Shown piece by piece: positions 30,654 through 41,979 of a DNA stretch of 64,000 nt. Where the stretch lies: assembly GCA_052279835.1 (NCBI GenBank), contig CP181291.1, positions 3,584,001-3,648,000 of the forward strand, written 5' to 3'. Source of the stretch: Microcoleus sp. GTDB taxonomy: Bacteria; Cyanobacteriota; Cyanobacteriia; Cyanobacteriales; Microcoleaceae. The notes below the pieces were generated by a model. That model made no database searches and was not told the origin of the DNA. It was given only the letters and a program-made list of their open reading frames with translations. The position numbers and the translations under genes were made by a program. The first letter of the stretch is position 1; each line of letters begins with the position of its first letter.

Positions 30654-31772
30654 ATGAACCCAGGAATTGACTTACAAGGAAGTTTTGTAGAAGCCCTCAT
30701 GAATTTGGGCTTACCGGCGGACATCGCCCAAGTGCTTTGGCTACCACTGCCAATGGTACTCATGGTTGTCGGTGCCGTCTTCGGGGTACTCACTAGCGTC
30801 TGGCTAGAACGGAAAATTTCTGCGGCCGCTCAACAGCGGATTGGCCCGGAATTTATCGGCCCTTTGGGAGTCCTAGCACCCGTTGCTGACGGTCTAAAAT
30901 TGGTATTCAAAGAAGACATCGTACCCGCAAAAGCTGACCCGCTGCTGTTTACCCTGGGCCCGGTAATTGTGGTGATCCCAGTTTTTCTCTCCTACTTAAT
31001 CGTGCCCTTCGGAGAGCATATGCTGATCGCCGATATGGGGACAGCAATATTTCTGTGGATTGCTCTATCTAGCATTCAGCCGATCGGCTTGCTGATGTCA
31101 GGCTATGCTTCTAACAACAAATACGCCCTCCTCGGAGGACTCAGAGCCGCCGCTCAATCCCTTAGCTACGAAATACCCCTAGCTTTGGCAGTATTGGCAG
31201 TGGTGATGATGTCCAATAGCCTCAGTACGATCGACATCGTACATCAACAAGCAGGCTACGGCATCGTCGGCTGGAATATCTGGCGACAACCGGCAGGATT
31301 CCTGATTTTCTGGGTAGCAGCACTAGCAGAATGCGAACGTTTACCCTTTGACCTTCCAGAAGCAGAAGAAGAATTGGTAGCAGGATATCAGACTGAGTAT
31401 ACAGGCATGAAATTTGCCTTGTACTACATCGCTTCCTACGTTAACCTCGTCCTTTCTTGCCTGCTAGTAGCCGTTTTGTACCTCGGTGGCTGGGAGTGTC
31501 CGATTCCCGTCGGAGTGCTGACAAATGCCCTAGGAGTCAGCGAAAATACTCCTTGGTTGCAGGTAATTACCGGCTTGCTGGGCATTACAATGACCATGAT
31601 CAAAGCCTACTTTTTCCTGTTTCTGGCAGTTCTGCTCCGCTGGACTCTGCCACGAGTTCGGATTGACCAATTGCTCAATTTGGGATGGAAGTTTTTGCTT
31701 CCCGTTGCTCTAGTTAATTTACTATTGACCGCAGCTTTGAAACTTGCCTTTCCCTTTGCTTTTGGCGGTTAA
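30654..31772 (+). CDS. ndhA: NDH-1 subunit 1
   Basis: [37 protein letters not shown]. Confidence 0.97.
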   Translation: MNPGIDLQGSFVEALMNLGLPADIAQVLWLPLPMVLMVVGAVFGVLTSVWLERKISAAAQQRIGPEFIGPLGVLAPVADGLKLVFKEDIVPAKADPLLFTLGPVIVVIPVFLSYLIVPFGEHMLIADMGTAIFLWIALSSIQPIGLLMSGYASNNKYALLGGLRAAAQSLSYEIPLALAVLAVVMMSNSLSTIDIVHQQAGYGIVGWNIWRQPAGFLIFWVAALAECERLPFDLPEAEEELVAGYQTEYTGMKFALYYIASYVNLVLSCLLVAVLYLGGWECPIPVGVLTNALGVSENTPWLQVITGLLGITMTMIKAYFFLFLAVLLRWTLPRVRIDQLLNLGWKFLLPVALVNLLLTAALKLAFPFAFGG

Positions 31773-31878
31773 TTCCTAATAGGTAAACAGCTAATAGCTA
31801 AAGTCAATTAGCTGTTAACTATCATTACCTATTATCAATTAGCAATTACCAAAAACTCAAGTACAGAGAGAGAACACG

Positions 31879-32454
31879 ATGCTAAAATTCCTCAATCAAG
31901 TAGGCGAATACGCCAAAGAAACTTTTCAAGCTGCTAAGTATATCGGTCAAGGGTTATCAGTTACTTTTGACCACATGAGGCGTCGGCCGGTTACGGTGCA
32001 GTATCCTTACGAAAAACTGATTCCTTCCGAACGTTTTCGGGGTCGAATTCACTTTGAATTTGACAAGTGTATCGCCTGCGAAGTCTGCGTTCGGGTATGT
32101 CCGATCAACTTACCTGTAGTGGATTGGGAATTTAACAAAGAAACTAAGAAGAAACAACTCAAGCACTACAGTATCGATTTTGGGGTGTGTATCTTCTGTG
32201 GCAATTGTGTGGAATATTGTCCGACTAATTGTTTGTCGATGACAGAAGAGTACGAGTTAGCAGCCTACGAACGTCATGAGTTGAATTATGACAACGTGGC
32301 CTTGGGACGTCTACCCTACAAGGTTTCAGACGATCCGATGGTGACACCGTTGCGGGAATTTGCTTATTTGCCCAAAGGTGCAATGGACCCCCATGAAGTT
32401 TCCAGCAGCGATCGGCGTGCAGGTCTTCGTCCAGAGGAAATTATCGAAAAATAA
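31879..32454 (+). CDS. ndhI: NDH-1 subunit I (2x 4Fe-4S)
   Basis: [12 protein letters not shown] and [12 protein letters not shown]. Confidence 0.97.
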   Translation: MLKFLNQVGEYAKETFQAAKYIGQGLSVTFDHMRRRPVTVQYPYEKLIPSERFRGRIHFEFDKCIACEVCVRVCPINLPVVDWEFNKETKKKQLKHYSIDFGVCIFCGNCVEYCPTNCLSMTEEYELAAYERHELNYDNVALGRLPYKVSDDPMVTPLREFAYLPKGAMDPHEVSSSDRRAGLRPEEIIEK

Positions 32455-32663
32455 GTAATTAGTCATTAGTCAGCAGTCATCAGTCATTAGTAGCAACGTG
32501 CGTCAGATCCCGAAATTCTCGATAATCGTTATAGAAATTCGTCTGACGCACCCTACAAGTCGATGGTCGTGTGACAGTTGTGTCCAGGACTATAATTATT
32601 AATGACTGCTAACTAATGAATAAAAACGAACGATCGAAAACTAATGATTGAGGATTAAAGATT

Positions 32664-33293
32664 GTGAATCTAGCTGAAGGGGTTCAAATTGTTTCATTTG
32701 GCATACTGTCCGTAATGATGATTGGAGGAGCATTAGGAGTAGTCCTATTCTCGAACATCGTTTACTCAGCTTTTTTACTGTGTGGGGTATTTACCAGTAT
32801 TGCTGGTTTGTACCTATTGCTAAATGCCGACTTTGTAGCAGCAGCCCAGGTATTGATTTACGTTGGTGCTGTTAACGTCTTGATTTTGTTTGCGATTATG
32901 TTGGTGAACAAGCGGGAAGATTTTCGCAATATTCCTAATGCTTGGGTGCGTCAACTAGCAACAGCAGTAGTTTGCGTAGGTTTGTTTGCGCTGTTGAGCA
33001 CAATGGTGCTGTCTACTCCTTGGGCGATTGTCGCCACGACGGGCGCACCAGCCGAAAGTTCGATCGTGACGATCGCCAAACACTTCTTTACAGACTATTT
33101 GCTACCTTTCGAGTTAGCATCAGTGTTTTTGTTAATGGCAATGGTAGGAGCAATTGTGTTAGCCCGCCGCGATTTCTTCGTCGATGAATTGCCCTCTAAC
33201 AAACTATCTGAAACACCAGCTTTTAGTTTGCCAGAAAGACCTCGTGAATTAGTAGCAGCCGGAGATACTTCTTTACCCGAATCTAACAAGTAG
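32664..33293 (+). CDS. ndhG: NDH-1 subunit 6
   Basis: NIVYSAFLL, QVLIYVGAVNVLILFAIML, LPFELAS. Confidence 0.96.
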   Translation: MNLAEGVQIVSFGILSVMMIGGALGVVLFSNIVYSAFLLCGVFTSIAGLYLLLNADFVAAAQVLIYVGAVNVLILFAIMLVNKREDFRNIPNAWVRQLATAVVCVGLFALLSTMVLSTPWAIVATTGAPAESSIVTIAKHFFTDYLLPFELASVFLLMAMVGAIVLARRDFFVDELPSNKLSETPAFSLPERPRELVAAGDTSLPESNK

Positions 33294-33296
33294 TAA

Positions 33297-33586
33297 CTCG
33301 TTCCCAGGCTCTGCCTGGTAACGCAAGTAGTAACTCGTAACTCGTTCCCAGGCTCTGCCTGGTAACGCAGATCCAGAGGCTCTGCCTCAAATAACTCGTT
33401 CCCAGGCTCTGCCTGGTAACGCAGATCCAGAGGGTCTGCCTCAAATTTTCATGAAACTAAGAAGGAAGGTTGAAGAAGCGAGGCAGAGCAAGAAAGAAAT
33501 CGGTTCCCAGGCAGAGCCTAGGAACCAGTTAGAAGCGAGGCAGAGCAAGAAAGAAACTGGTTCCCAGGCAGAGCCTAGGAACCAGT
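33297..33586. repeat. REP-like cluster: three CTCGTTCCCAGGCTCTGCCTGGTAACGCA units and two inverted GGTTCCCAGGCAGAGCCTAGGAACCAG units
   Basis: Directly visible between ndhG and ndhE, followed by (CTTCTTC)n. Confidence 0.88.
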
Positions 33587-33672
33587 TAATTTCCTTCTTT
33601 CTTCTTCCTTCTTTCTTCTTCCTTCTTCCTTCTTCCTTCTTCCTTCTTCCTTCTTCCTTCTTCTTTAAATTT

Positions 33673-33984
33673 ATGCAACTGCAACTCCAGTATTTCCTGT
33701 TATTAGCCGCCGCACTTTTCTGCATTGGTATTTACGGTTTGATTACTAGCCGAAATGCAGTGCGGGTGTTGATGTCGATCGAGCTAATGCTAAATGCCGT
33801 CAATCTGAATTTGATGGGTTTCTCTAATTATCTCGACCCAGTGCACATTAAAGGTCAAGTATTTACCGTATTTGTAGTCACGGTAGCTGCTGCTGAAGCT
33901 GCGGTAGGTTTAGCAATTGTGTTGGCGATTTATCGCAACCGTAATACCGTAGACATGGAAGCATTTAATTTGCTGAAGTGGTAA
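33673..33984 (+). CDS. ndhE: NDH-1 subunit 4L
   Basis: [37 protein letters not shown]. Confidence 0.96.
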   Translation: MQLQLQYFLLLAAALFCIGIYGLITSRNAVRVLMSIELMLNAVNLNLMGFSNYLDPVHIKGQVFTVFVVTVAAAEAAVGLAIVLAIYRNRNTVDMEAFNLLKW

Positions 33985-34101
33985 TTAGTCAGTAGTCATC
34001 AGTCATTAGTCATTAGTTATTGGTTGAATCATAACTGACTACTGCCAATAGCCAACAGCCAACTAACTAATGACTAATAACGAATGACTAATGACTAAGG
34101 A

Positions 34102-34458
34102 CTAATGACTTCGAGTAATTTCGAGAGTAATTCTGCCACCAAAATCAGGGATAGGGGCTGCTGGTTTTGAGAGTTGTAACTTGACTTTATCGACTAACGG
34201 TAGTTGTAAAAGCGCTTGGGCGATGGTATCTGCTAGACGTTCGATCAACAAAAATTTAGATTCTTTGACTAGCTTTTGGATCAGAGTAATCGCACTGCGG
34301 TAATCGAGAGTATGTTCAATATCATCACTTTTTCCAGCTTGCGATAAATCCAGCCAGAGAGTAACATCCACTTCAAACCACTGCCCCAAAACCTGCTCTT
34401 CGGGCAGATAGCCAGTATATCCGTAACAGCGAATGCCTGTAAGTTGAATAGAATCCAT
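34102..34458 (-). CDS. folB: Dihydroneopterin aldolase
   Basis: GYTGYLPEEQVLGQWFEVD, TLDY, LIERLA, KPAAPI. Confidence 0.93.
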   Translation of the reverse strand: MDSIQLTGIRCYGYTGYLPEEQVLGQWFEVDVTLWLDLSQAGKSDDIEHTLDYRSAITLIQKLVKESKFLLIERLADTIAQALLQLPLVDKVKLQLSKPAAPIPDFGGRITLEITRSH

Positions 34459-34716
34459 TGTGCAATAAACTAAAAGTGCGTTGCCTATACAAATTTGTAT
34501 TAAAGCAGATAAAGCTATCTTTCTCTTCCCTCTCTTTCCTTTTCCACTCTTCCCTCTGCGGCCTCTGCGCCCTCTGCGGTTAAATAAATCTTATCCTATC
34601 TTAAATTTCAAAAACAGTTATCTTTCTCTTCCCTCTCTTTCTTTGCCGCCTCTTCCTCTTCCCTCTGCGGCCTCTGCGCCCTCTGTGGTTAAATAAATCT
34701 TATTCTATCTTAAATT

Positions 34717-36088
34717 TCAAAAAGTTCCTCCTTTCTCCAACTTGTCCAGAAAATCCTCAGCAACTTCACACCATTTCTGCCTGATATCGGCATCTTCTGG
34801 CTTATCTGTCAAGCTACGACCTTTTAATTCGGGATATTTATTGTAATATAATTCATCAACTTTTTGATAGAATATATCTTTATCAATTTTGAGATTTTTA
34901 CGTCGTTGGCCAATTTTTTCTTGACGAATTATTTCTGCTGGCTCTAAGGATGTATCCGGTGGTTGGTGGCGGGAAGAAAATTTCGGTAAATCAGGCAGCT
35001 TAGGAAAGGTGAAACCAGACTTAACTACACTAAAAGCGAGCATTCCTGGTAATAAAACAACACTTAAACTCGCTAAAGTTTTCCAAGGAATTAATTTGAA
35101 AATGTTGCTATTAACAACTTGAGGATTTTGCACAACAGGAGTAGGATTACTGGTAGGGGTTTGAGTGCTGTTTTTGAAAGGGCGGCCGACAAAGTTCATT
35201 GTCACCATTTGGGAGATGATGCTGCTAATTTGAGATAATTTTGGATCTTTGAGTGCTTCGCGGACTTCTTTTGCAGACTGATAGCGATCGCCCGCATTGT
35301 CTGCTAACATCCGATCCAATACAGTACCGAGATTTTGACTGACACTGACGTGCGATCGCCAATCCCAAGTTTTTTGATTAACATCGTACAATTTCTGAGG
35401 CTTTTTCCCTGTCAGCAAGACTAAAGCAGTGACAGCCAAAGCATACAAATCGCTAGCCGGAGACACTTTACCCTGTCGCATCTGTTTCCATAGGCGAATA
35501 ACCCTGTTTGCCGATCGCCGTATCCGATTGTCCTTTAAACTGAAATACAGCAGTCGCTGCGATTTGTTTGACAGAACCGAAATCAATTAAAAATGGTAAT
35601 TTGTCAACATCATGTTGAATAATATTGTCCGGGGAAATATCGCGGTGAATTAAATTTTTCGAGTGGATGTATTCTAGAATTGGCAAAATCTGAAATAGCA
35701 GTTGAGTAACTTCAGCTTCGTTAAAATTTTTACCTTGTTGCTGACGCGATATCAGTATTGCTTCGTAGGTTTGACCAGGGATATAATCTTGGACTAAAAA
35801 TAAACATTGATTCCCACCGATATCGGTTCGCAGAAGTTCTCGAAAGCGGGGAATTTGGGGGTGTTGGAGGTTGTAAAGGATACTCGATTCGCGATCGAAC
35901 AATTCGGCAGCTTTGGGGCTGTGAATCACCGGAGAAAACTCTTTGAGTACGCAAGGTTCATTGTAGCGGTTGATATCTTCGGCGAGGTAAGTACGCCCGA
36001 AGCCACCGCGGCCTAATTCGCGGATAATTCGGTAGCGTTTTTCGAGAGTTGAACCTGGGTTGAGGAGGGAGGAGTTAGACATAGACAA
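34717..36088 (-). pseudogene. Ser/Thr protein kinase split by a +1 frameshift (may be a sequencing error)
   Basis: LGRGGFG, HRDISPDN, DFG; deleting one A at 35485-35487 restores GYSPMEQMRQGKVSPASDLYALAV. Confidence 0.85.
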
Positions 36089-36350
36089 CTGAAATTTGTT
36101 CGAGTTGGGGAGCTCAGTATAGCTTAATTGTAGCCAAATGTGCGGACCAAGGCGAGAAGCAAGGGCGATCGCTTTTTTTGATTAAGGAAAAGAAACACTT
36201 TGCTAAAGATTGATAGCAGTAGCCAAAGCGCCTTAACAGCTTTGGCGGTTGCTATAGGTAATTCCGAGTCGTGAGTTTTACCAAGGAACAGAAGCATCTC
36301 AGAGCCTCACCAAACCATTAAAATGCGTAAATCCTGTTGGTTAATCAATT

Positions 36351-37112
36351 CTAAAGTAACGTCAGAATTTCTACCCCAGAATCAGTCACCGCCAAAGTGT
36401 GTTCAAATTGAGCCGAAAGCTTTCCATCTTGAGTCACAGCAGTCCAACCATCGGCGAGAATTTCAACTTCCCAAGTACCCTCATTAATCATAGGTTCAAT
36501 GGTAAAAACCATCCCTTGTCTCAACTTTTTTCCAGTCCCCCGCTTCCCATAGTGCAGAATTTCCGGTTCCGTATGAAACACTCGATGGACACCGTGCCCG
36601 GCAAAATTTCGGACTACCGAAAAGCCCTGTGCTTCTGCATACTCTTGAATCGCTGCGCCGATGTCGCCAGTACGAGCACCGGGTTTAACTTCCGCAATTC
36701 CTCTTCTCAAACATTCCTCGGTTACTTCCACTAATCTTTTCGCAACGGGCGAAGGTTTCCCAACAAAAAAAGTTTTGGAAGTATCGCCATGATAACCATC
36801 AACTAAAGGCGTTACATCAATATTAATAATGTCCCCTTCTCTCAAAATTTGTTTGGCATTTGGGATGCCATGACATACTACTTGATTTACACTAGCGCAG
36901 AGAGACTTAGGAAATCCTTTATAACCTAACGGAGCACTTTTTGCGCCATGTGCCAAAGTCCAACGTTCGGCTTCGTCATTAATTGCTAAAGTGCTGACAC
37001 CGGGTTCGATCATTGGTTCAAGGTGTAGCAAAAGTTGGGCAGCTAAACGGCCTGCTTGGCGCATTTTTTCTATTTCTCTACTAGATAACAACACTAAACG
37101 TTCGGTAGCCAT
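36351..37112 (-). CDS. map: Methionine aminopeptidase type I
   Basis: VCHGIP, DIINIDVT, GYHGDTS, GHG, FTIEPMIN, SAQFEHT. Confidence 0.96.
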   Translation of the reverse strand: MATERLVLLSSREIEKMRQAGRLAAQLLLHLEPMIEPGVSTLAINDEAERWTLAHGAKSAPLGYKGFPKSLCASVNQVVCHGIPNAKQILREGDIINIDVTPLVDGYHGDTSKTFFVGKPSPVAKRLVEVTEECLRRGIAEVKPGARTGDIGAAIQEYAEAQGFSVVRNFAGHGVHRVFHTEPEILHYGKRGTGKKLRQGMVFTIEPMINEGTWEVEILADGWTAVTQDGKLSAQFEHTLAVTDSGVEILTLL

Positions 37113-37443
37113 AGTTATTTTTTTGTGTTTTTTGTGGTTGAGTAAGAGTTAATTTAACTCAAAGGGGAATTTTCCGAAAGCTTCAATCCAGGGTGTTTTC
37201 ATCAACAATGGTGGACATGGACACCCTCGGATTTGTTTTTGTACTTCGGTTGTGGTCAGAAACCCTAAATATTCTACCGGAGCATCGGGGTAATCTGCAC
37301 AATTTTTTTGCCAATCATCCTCATCCTGTATTTTGCCCATAATTGGCAAAGGTGCTACTACTTCTATTTTATGGTGGCGCTTGTGCAATTATTTAGCAAT
37401 ATTAGAGAATAGAGACATGAATAATTTCGAGGGTAACAAATCA

Positions 37444-38619
37444 TTAACTATCCTTCCCAGAACGAGGACGCATGAAACTCAACTGATTAATTGCCCAGCG
37501 GGCTGTTTCCTGAACTTCGGGATCGGGATCGTCAGTAGCATAATGCAATAAGTAAGTAATTTGATTCACCAATTCATAGATACGTGTCAAATCACGAATT
37601 GCATTTTTACGTACTTCTGGGTTTTGATTTTGTAAGGATATTGACCAAGCATTATTCATCGGCTTGAGAGTGCGAACGCCTATTTCCGAGAGAGTTGCCA
37701 AGACTAAGCTGTACTGGTTAGAGTCAGAATTTGCTAGCAGATCTACCAGTGGCTTAATAGCTCTTGAATCTCCATGTTGCCCCAGTTCCCAGATTGCCTT
37801 ACGCCGCCTATCTGGATTGAGGTGCTGCAAATCTTCAATCAATAATTCAATAATATCAACTTGACGTCTCTCATCATCTTCGGGAATGAAAAGGTCTTTG
37901 GTAAGAGGGGCTAAGGAATCAGCAAGATTGCTCTTAGGGGAAACATTCAAATCTGTGTCACTGTATAAGCCGTTGCTGTTAGTCTCTACATATAAGGCCT
38001 CGGAATTGATTCTATCGCCTTCACTTCCTGTTTTCTCCGCTTCTCTACTTTCTTGATTGTAGCGTTTCGAGAAATCTGAACCATCGGGCAATACTGGTGT
38101 GGTTTTTTTGATTCCCAAATAAATGCCTCCTGGTCTAGTTTCGTTGAGCTTTGTGGGAGATTCGGGAGTTTTGAATTGAGTATTTCTTGGTTGGTGGCGC
38201 TCGAATCTACCCCGTTTTCGCCTAGAATTACTTGACTCGTCACTACCCACTAATTTGAGCATGATAAATACTGCCGCTGCCGTGATGACAATGGCGGCTA
38301 CACCCAAGATTAACAACCCTCGCTGGCGAGACAAAATGACCATTAAATTCGAGATTGATTTGGGGAGTTTGGAATTAGATTTTTGGGTTTTAGAGGGTTG
38401 AGATTTGCTTCTATCGGTTCCTGGAGATGGTTTTGGAGTCTTGGAGTCGGGGCGAGTGTCCGAGGGGGAGTTCGCCTCAGCAATTTCTGGAGAAGCATCG
38501 CGGTAGGACACATTGACGGCGTGTTTACGTCCGTCCCCATCGGGACTGAAGGCTGCCCCCAGACAGGCGATACAGGTAAATAAAAGTAAAGTGAATCGGT
38601 AGTACGCCATAAGACTCAA
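37444..38619 (-). CDS. Membrane-anchored HEAT-repeat protein
   Basis: RRKAIWELG, VRKNAIRDL, DPEVQETARWAI; N-terminal hydrophobic segments. Confidence 0.8.
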   Translation of the reverse strand: MSLMAYYRFTLLLFTCIACLGAAFSPDGDGRKHAVNVSYRDASPEIAEANSPSDTRPDSKTPKPSPGTDRSKSQPSKTQKSNSKLPKSISNLMVILSRQRGLLILGVAAIVITAAAVFIMLKLVGSDESSNSRRKRGRFERHQPRNTQFKTPESPTKLNETRPGGIYLGIKKTTPVLPDGSDFSKRYNQESREAEKTGSEGDRINSEALYVETNSNGLYSDTDLNVSPKSNLADSLAPLTKDLFIPEDDERRQVDIIELLIEDLQHLNPDRRRKAIWELGQHGDSRAIKPLVDLLANSDSNQYSLVLATLSEIGVRTLKPMNNAWSISLQNQNPEVRKNAIRDLTRIYELVNQITYLLHYATDDPDPEVQETARWAINQLSFMRPRSGKDS

Positions 38620-38924
38620 CCGGGTTTTTTAGAGGCAATGCCACATGACAGGCTTTAGCTGCAACCTTGAGCTAGCTCGATCCTAGCTGCTATGGGCTCA
38701 ACTAATTCAGAAATAGCCCCAGATTATGAAAAAATAATGGTTTGAGATTGCCTCAAGGAAGGCACAAGGCTTTCGGCAGCAGACAGAAGGAAAGAAAAAT
38801 TGGGAATGCAAGACTTTTGCTGTTTTTTCGATCGCACTTTAAAAGTCTGTCTTTAGTTGACACAATTGCCTCCTTGCCGGTTAAGTCATTGAATTAATTA
38901 TCGTAAACAGGTACTGGGACTCTC

Positions 38925-41816
38925 GTGGGTAAAGCAGCACAATCTCGAAAATTTATTGCGACTGAGCCACTAGGAAAAACCGGAGAAACGGCAGAAAAAA
39001 AGGTTTGGGATGCCGTTTGCGAGGCTTTTGCCGATCGCGATTGCATTGCCTACTGGCGATATCCTATTTTTTCTTCCTGTGGAAATTTTCGTAAAGAGCC
39101 TGATATTCTAATTGCTGATTTTGAACTGGGTTTAACTATCATTGAGGTCAAAGCGATCGCGATCGACCAAATTGTCGCCATATCTGGTCATAGATGGGAT
39201 TTCCAACATTTTTATACTACTGGGGGCAACCCCTATCAGCAAGCAGAGCATCAACTATACGCCATGCTGGGTTACTGCGATCGCGAAACAGCTTTGCGGG
39301 GCAAAGTCAGCGGGCGGGCGATCGTTGCCTTACCGTCAATTTCTCAGCAACAGTGGCATAATAAAGAGTTTAACAAGCTTCCGAGCAATCCGCCGATCCT
39401 TTTTCACGATCACCTCCAGAGAAATTCAGGACAAACAATAATTAGTGGAATCGAAAAACCAGGAACAGCCCCAAATTTTGTCATTTCCTCACCTGGCAAT
39501 CCTCAATTATCTATTCCCCATACTCCCCATCTAATTGAATTTATTAAAAATACAGCTTGTGTTTTTAAAGGAAGCCAATTAAACCGGGAACAGTGGCAGT
39601 TACTGCTAGCTGTAATTGGGGGAACTCCTATTTTTAAACCACGACCAAGACGATTTTTTTTCAATCAGCAGCAACCAGCACCACCAACAAATTTGATTTC
39701 TTCCCCTCTGGCAAATTATACAACCCGTGCAGCAGTTTTAGCTAATTTACAGCAGCAGTTTTCCCAACTAGATTTGCAACAAGAACGCATCGGCAAACAG
39801 ATTCCTCCAGGACCCCAGCGAATTCGGGGAATTGCAGGTTCTGGCAAAACAGTTGTGCTCTGCCAAAAAGCAGCTCTGATGCACTTAAAATACCCCGATT
39901 GGGATATTGCCTTGGTCTTTTTTTCTCGCAGTTTGTACGAGCAGATTGTCGCACAGTTAGATAAGTGGCTCCGCCGTTTTAGCAATGGTGAAATTGGCTA
40001 CGATGCTAATAATAATCAAAAATTGCGTCCGCTCCATGCTTGGGGCGGAAAAGACAGGCCCGGACTTTACAGTACAATTTGTCGCGCTGCGGGAGTGGGA
40101 CGTTTGACTGTTGGTGACATAGATTTTCAGGAACCAAGTCAAGCTTTAGCCTATGTCTGTCGCCACTTGCTAAAATCTGCTAATATACCCCAAATTTTTG
40201 ATGCTATTCTAATTGACGAATCTCAAGACTTAATGGTTGCCGCAAATTTTAATATACAAGGAAAACAGCCATTTTTTTGGATGGCTTATCAAGCTCTACG
40301 CCTAGTAAATATTCCCCCAACCTACCCCGATCGAGAAGGGGGTGCTAATCAGCTAAAAACATTCGAGAATTTCTCCCCCCCTTTACAAGGGGGGGTTGGG
40401 GGGGGTCGAGATTTGCGCCGTTTAATTTGGGCTTACGATGAAGCACAAAGTTTGGAATGGCTAGAGATTCCCACGGCTAGCAAATTATTTGGTGAAGAGT
40501 TAGGGCATTTGGTAAATGGCGAGTACAGCGACGGTATCAAAAAGACTGAGATTATGCAAAAATGTTACCGCGTTCCCGGCCCAATTTTAACTGCTGCTCA
40601 CGGAATTAGTATGGGTTTGTTGCGACGCGGGGGAATGCTGACTGGTATTACTCGCGTGGAAGATTGGAAGGCGATCGGCTACGAGGTAGTTGTCGATCGA
40701 GAATCGGAAATAAATACACCAACAGTCAAAAATAATCAGTATCAATTTACTAAAAAAGTTACTATTTACCGCCCTGCTCATAACTCTCCGAATTTAGTGC
40801 CTAAATTGTGGTTAAATCCGGTTTTAGAGTTTGAAGCCTACCGCTCTCGTCAAGAAGAATTAACGGCTCTAGCTGAAGATATTTTATACAATCTCAAAGT
40901 GGACGGTTTGAGGCCATCCAGGGAAATTTTAGTGATTATTTTAGGTGCGGGCTTTGAAGCTATGGAACTCGAAACTTATACCGCTAATTTTTTAATGAAG
41001 CAAGGAATTGATATTTACATTCCCAGTACCCCAAGTTGCAATCTCTTGAAAGTAAATAAAGCCAACTCTCAGCCCGATCGCTTTTGGTGCGAAGGCGGAG
41101 TCACGGTGTCTCGGATTCACCGTGCTAAGGGAAATGAAGCTGATATGGTTTATCTGGTTGGTTTTGACTCCATTGCTAAAAATGAAAGTAATTTGATTTT
41201 GCGAAACCAATTATTTGTAGCCTTAACTAGGTCAAAAGGTTGGCTCAAATTGAGCGGAACAGGTGCATATCCCATGTATGATGAAATGTGGCGAGTCATG
41301 CAAAGTGGCGATAGTTTTACTTTTACTTGGAAACAGCACCATCAGAGAAATATTAGTGTTACAGATGCGGGAGATTTGGTGGCTAGATATGCAGCGGGAG
41401 GTAGAAATTTTCAGGGTGTAAATTTATCGGGATCGGATTTAGTTGGTGTAAATTTGCAACGAGCTAATTTGGTTAATGCTAAGTTGATTGGTGCAGATTT
41501 GCAAAATGCTAATTTAGATGGTACAAGGTTGATTATTGCTGATTTTAATGGTGCTAATTTGAGCGGTGCTAGTTTGAAAAAAGCCAAGTTAGTGGGGGCT
41601 TTTTTAAATAATGTTAAGTTAAATCAAGCTAATTTAAGCCGTGCGGATTTAAGCGAGGCTCAGTTGACAAATGCAGATTTAAGATGTGCTATTCTGACGA
41701 AGGCTAATTTGAGTGGTGCAGATTTGCAAGGTGCTAATCTGGAGGGTGTGGACTTGACTGATGTTCGTTTGAGTGGGACAATCATGCCGGATGGAAGCGT
41801 TTGGGCGATCGATTAA
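38925..41816 (+). CDS. NERD nuclease - SF1 (UvrD-like) helicase - pentapeptide-repeat fusion
   Basis: EPDILI..IIEVK, NPYQQA (NERD); GIAGSGKT, IDESQD, DEAQS, IHRAKGNE, LFVALTRS (SF1); C-terminal A(D/N)LxG repeats. Confidence 0.88.
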   Translation: MGKAAQSRKFIATEPLGKTGETAEKKVWDAVCEAFADRDCIAYWRYPIFSSCGNFRKEPDILIADFELGLTIIEVKAIAIDQIVAISGHRWDFQHFYTTGGNPYQQAEHQLYAMLGYCDRETALRGKVSGRAIVALPSISQQQWHNKEFNKLPSNPPILFHDHLQRNSGQTIISGIEKPGTAPNFVISSPGNPQLSIPHTPHLIEFIKNTACVFKGSQLNREQWQLLLAVIGGTPIFKPRPRRFFFNQQQPAPPTNLISSPLANYTTRAAVLANLQQQFSQLDLQQERIGKQIPPGPQRIRGIAGSGKTVVLCQKAALMHLKYPDWDIALVFFSRSLYEQIVAQLDKWLRRFSNGEIGYDANNNQKLRPLHAWGGKDRPGLYSTICRAAGVGRLTVGDIDFQEPSQALAYVCRHLLKSANIPQIFDAILIDESQDLMVAANFNIQGKQPFFWMAYQALRLVNIPPTYPDREGGANQLKTFENFSPPLQGGVGGGRDLRRLIWAYDEAQSLEWLEIPTASKLFGEELGHLVNGEYSDGIKKTEIMQKCYRVPGPILTAAHGISMGLLRRGGMLTGITRVEDWKAIGYEVVVDRESEINTPTVKNNQYQFTKKVTIYRPAHNSPNLVPKLWLNPVLEFEAYRSRQEELTALAEDILYNLKVDGLRPSREILVIILGAGFEAMELETYTANFLMKQGIDIYIPSTPSCNLLKVNKANSQPDRFWCEGGVTVSRIHRAKGNEADMVYLVGFDSIAKNESNLILRNQLFVALTRSKGWLKLSGTGAYPMYDEMWRVMQSGDSFTFTWKQHHQRNISVTDAGDLVARYAAGGRNFQGVNLSGSDLVGVNLQRANLVNAKLIGADLQNANLDGTRLIIADFNGANLSGASLKKAKLVGAFLNNVKLNQANLSRADLSEAQLTNADLRCAILTKANLSGADLQGANLEGVDLTDVRLSGTIMPDGSVWAID

Positions 41817-41824
41817 TATTTACA

Positions 41825-41924
41825 TTCCTGGACGCAAAAAACCGGTTTCTTTCAAAAATCGTCGCTTTATCCGAGAGATTTTGACGCAGAAACCGGGTTT
41901 TTGACCCGCCGTGCGTCCAGGACT
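41825..41924. repeat. ~100-bp MITE-like element with TCCTGGACGCA terminal inverted repeats
   Basis: Inner AAACCGG(G)TTT boxes; relatives at ~10330-10432, 30355-30422, 58504-58603, 61720-61790. Confidence 0.7.
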
Positions 41925-41979
41925 GATTTATTTACTGACATGGTGTAATTTTGGTATAAAATTAACCTAAATTTTTAGT

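Noticed and set aside
33297..33586. 29-bp palindromic repeats as a CRISPR array
   Set aside because: Irregular, partly duplicated spacers and inverted copies; fits a REP cluster
33451..33672. N-terminal extension of NdhE
   Set aside because: Translation of repeats and heptamers; the real start is MQLQLQY at 33673
37149..37551. Short ORFs between map and the HEAT gene
   Set aside because: No recognisable motif; cannot be supported as real genes
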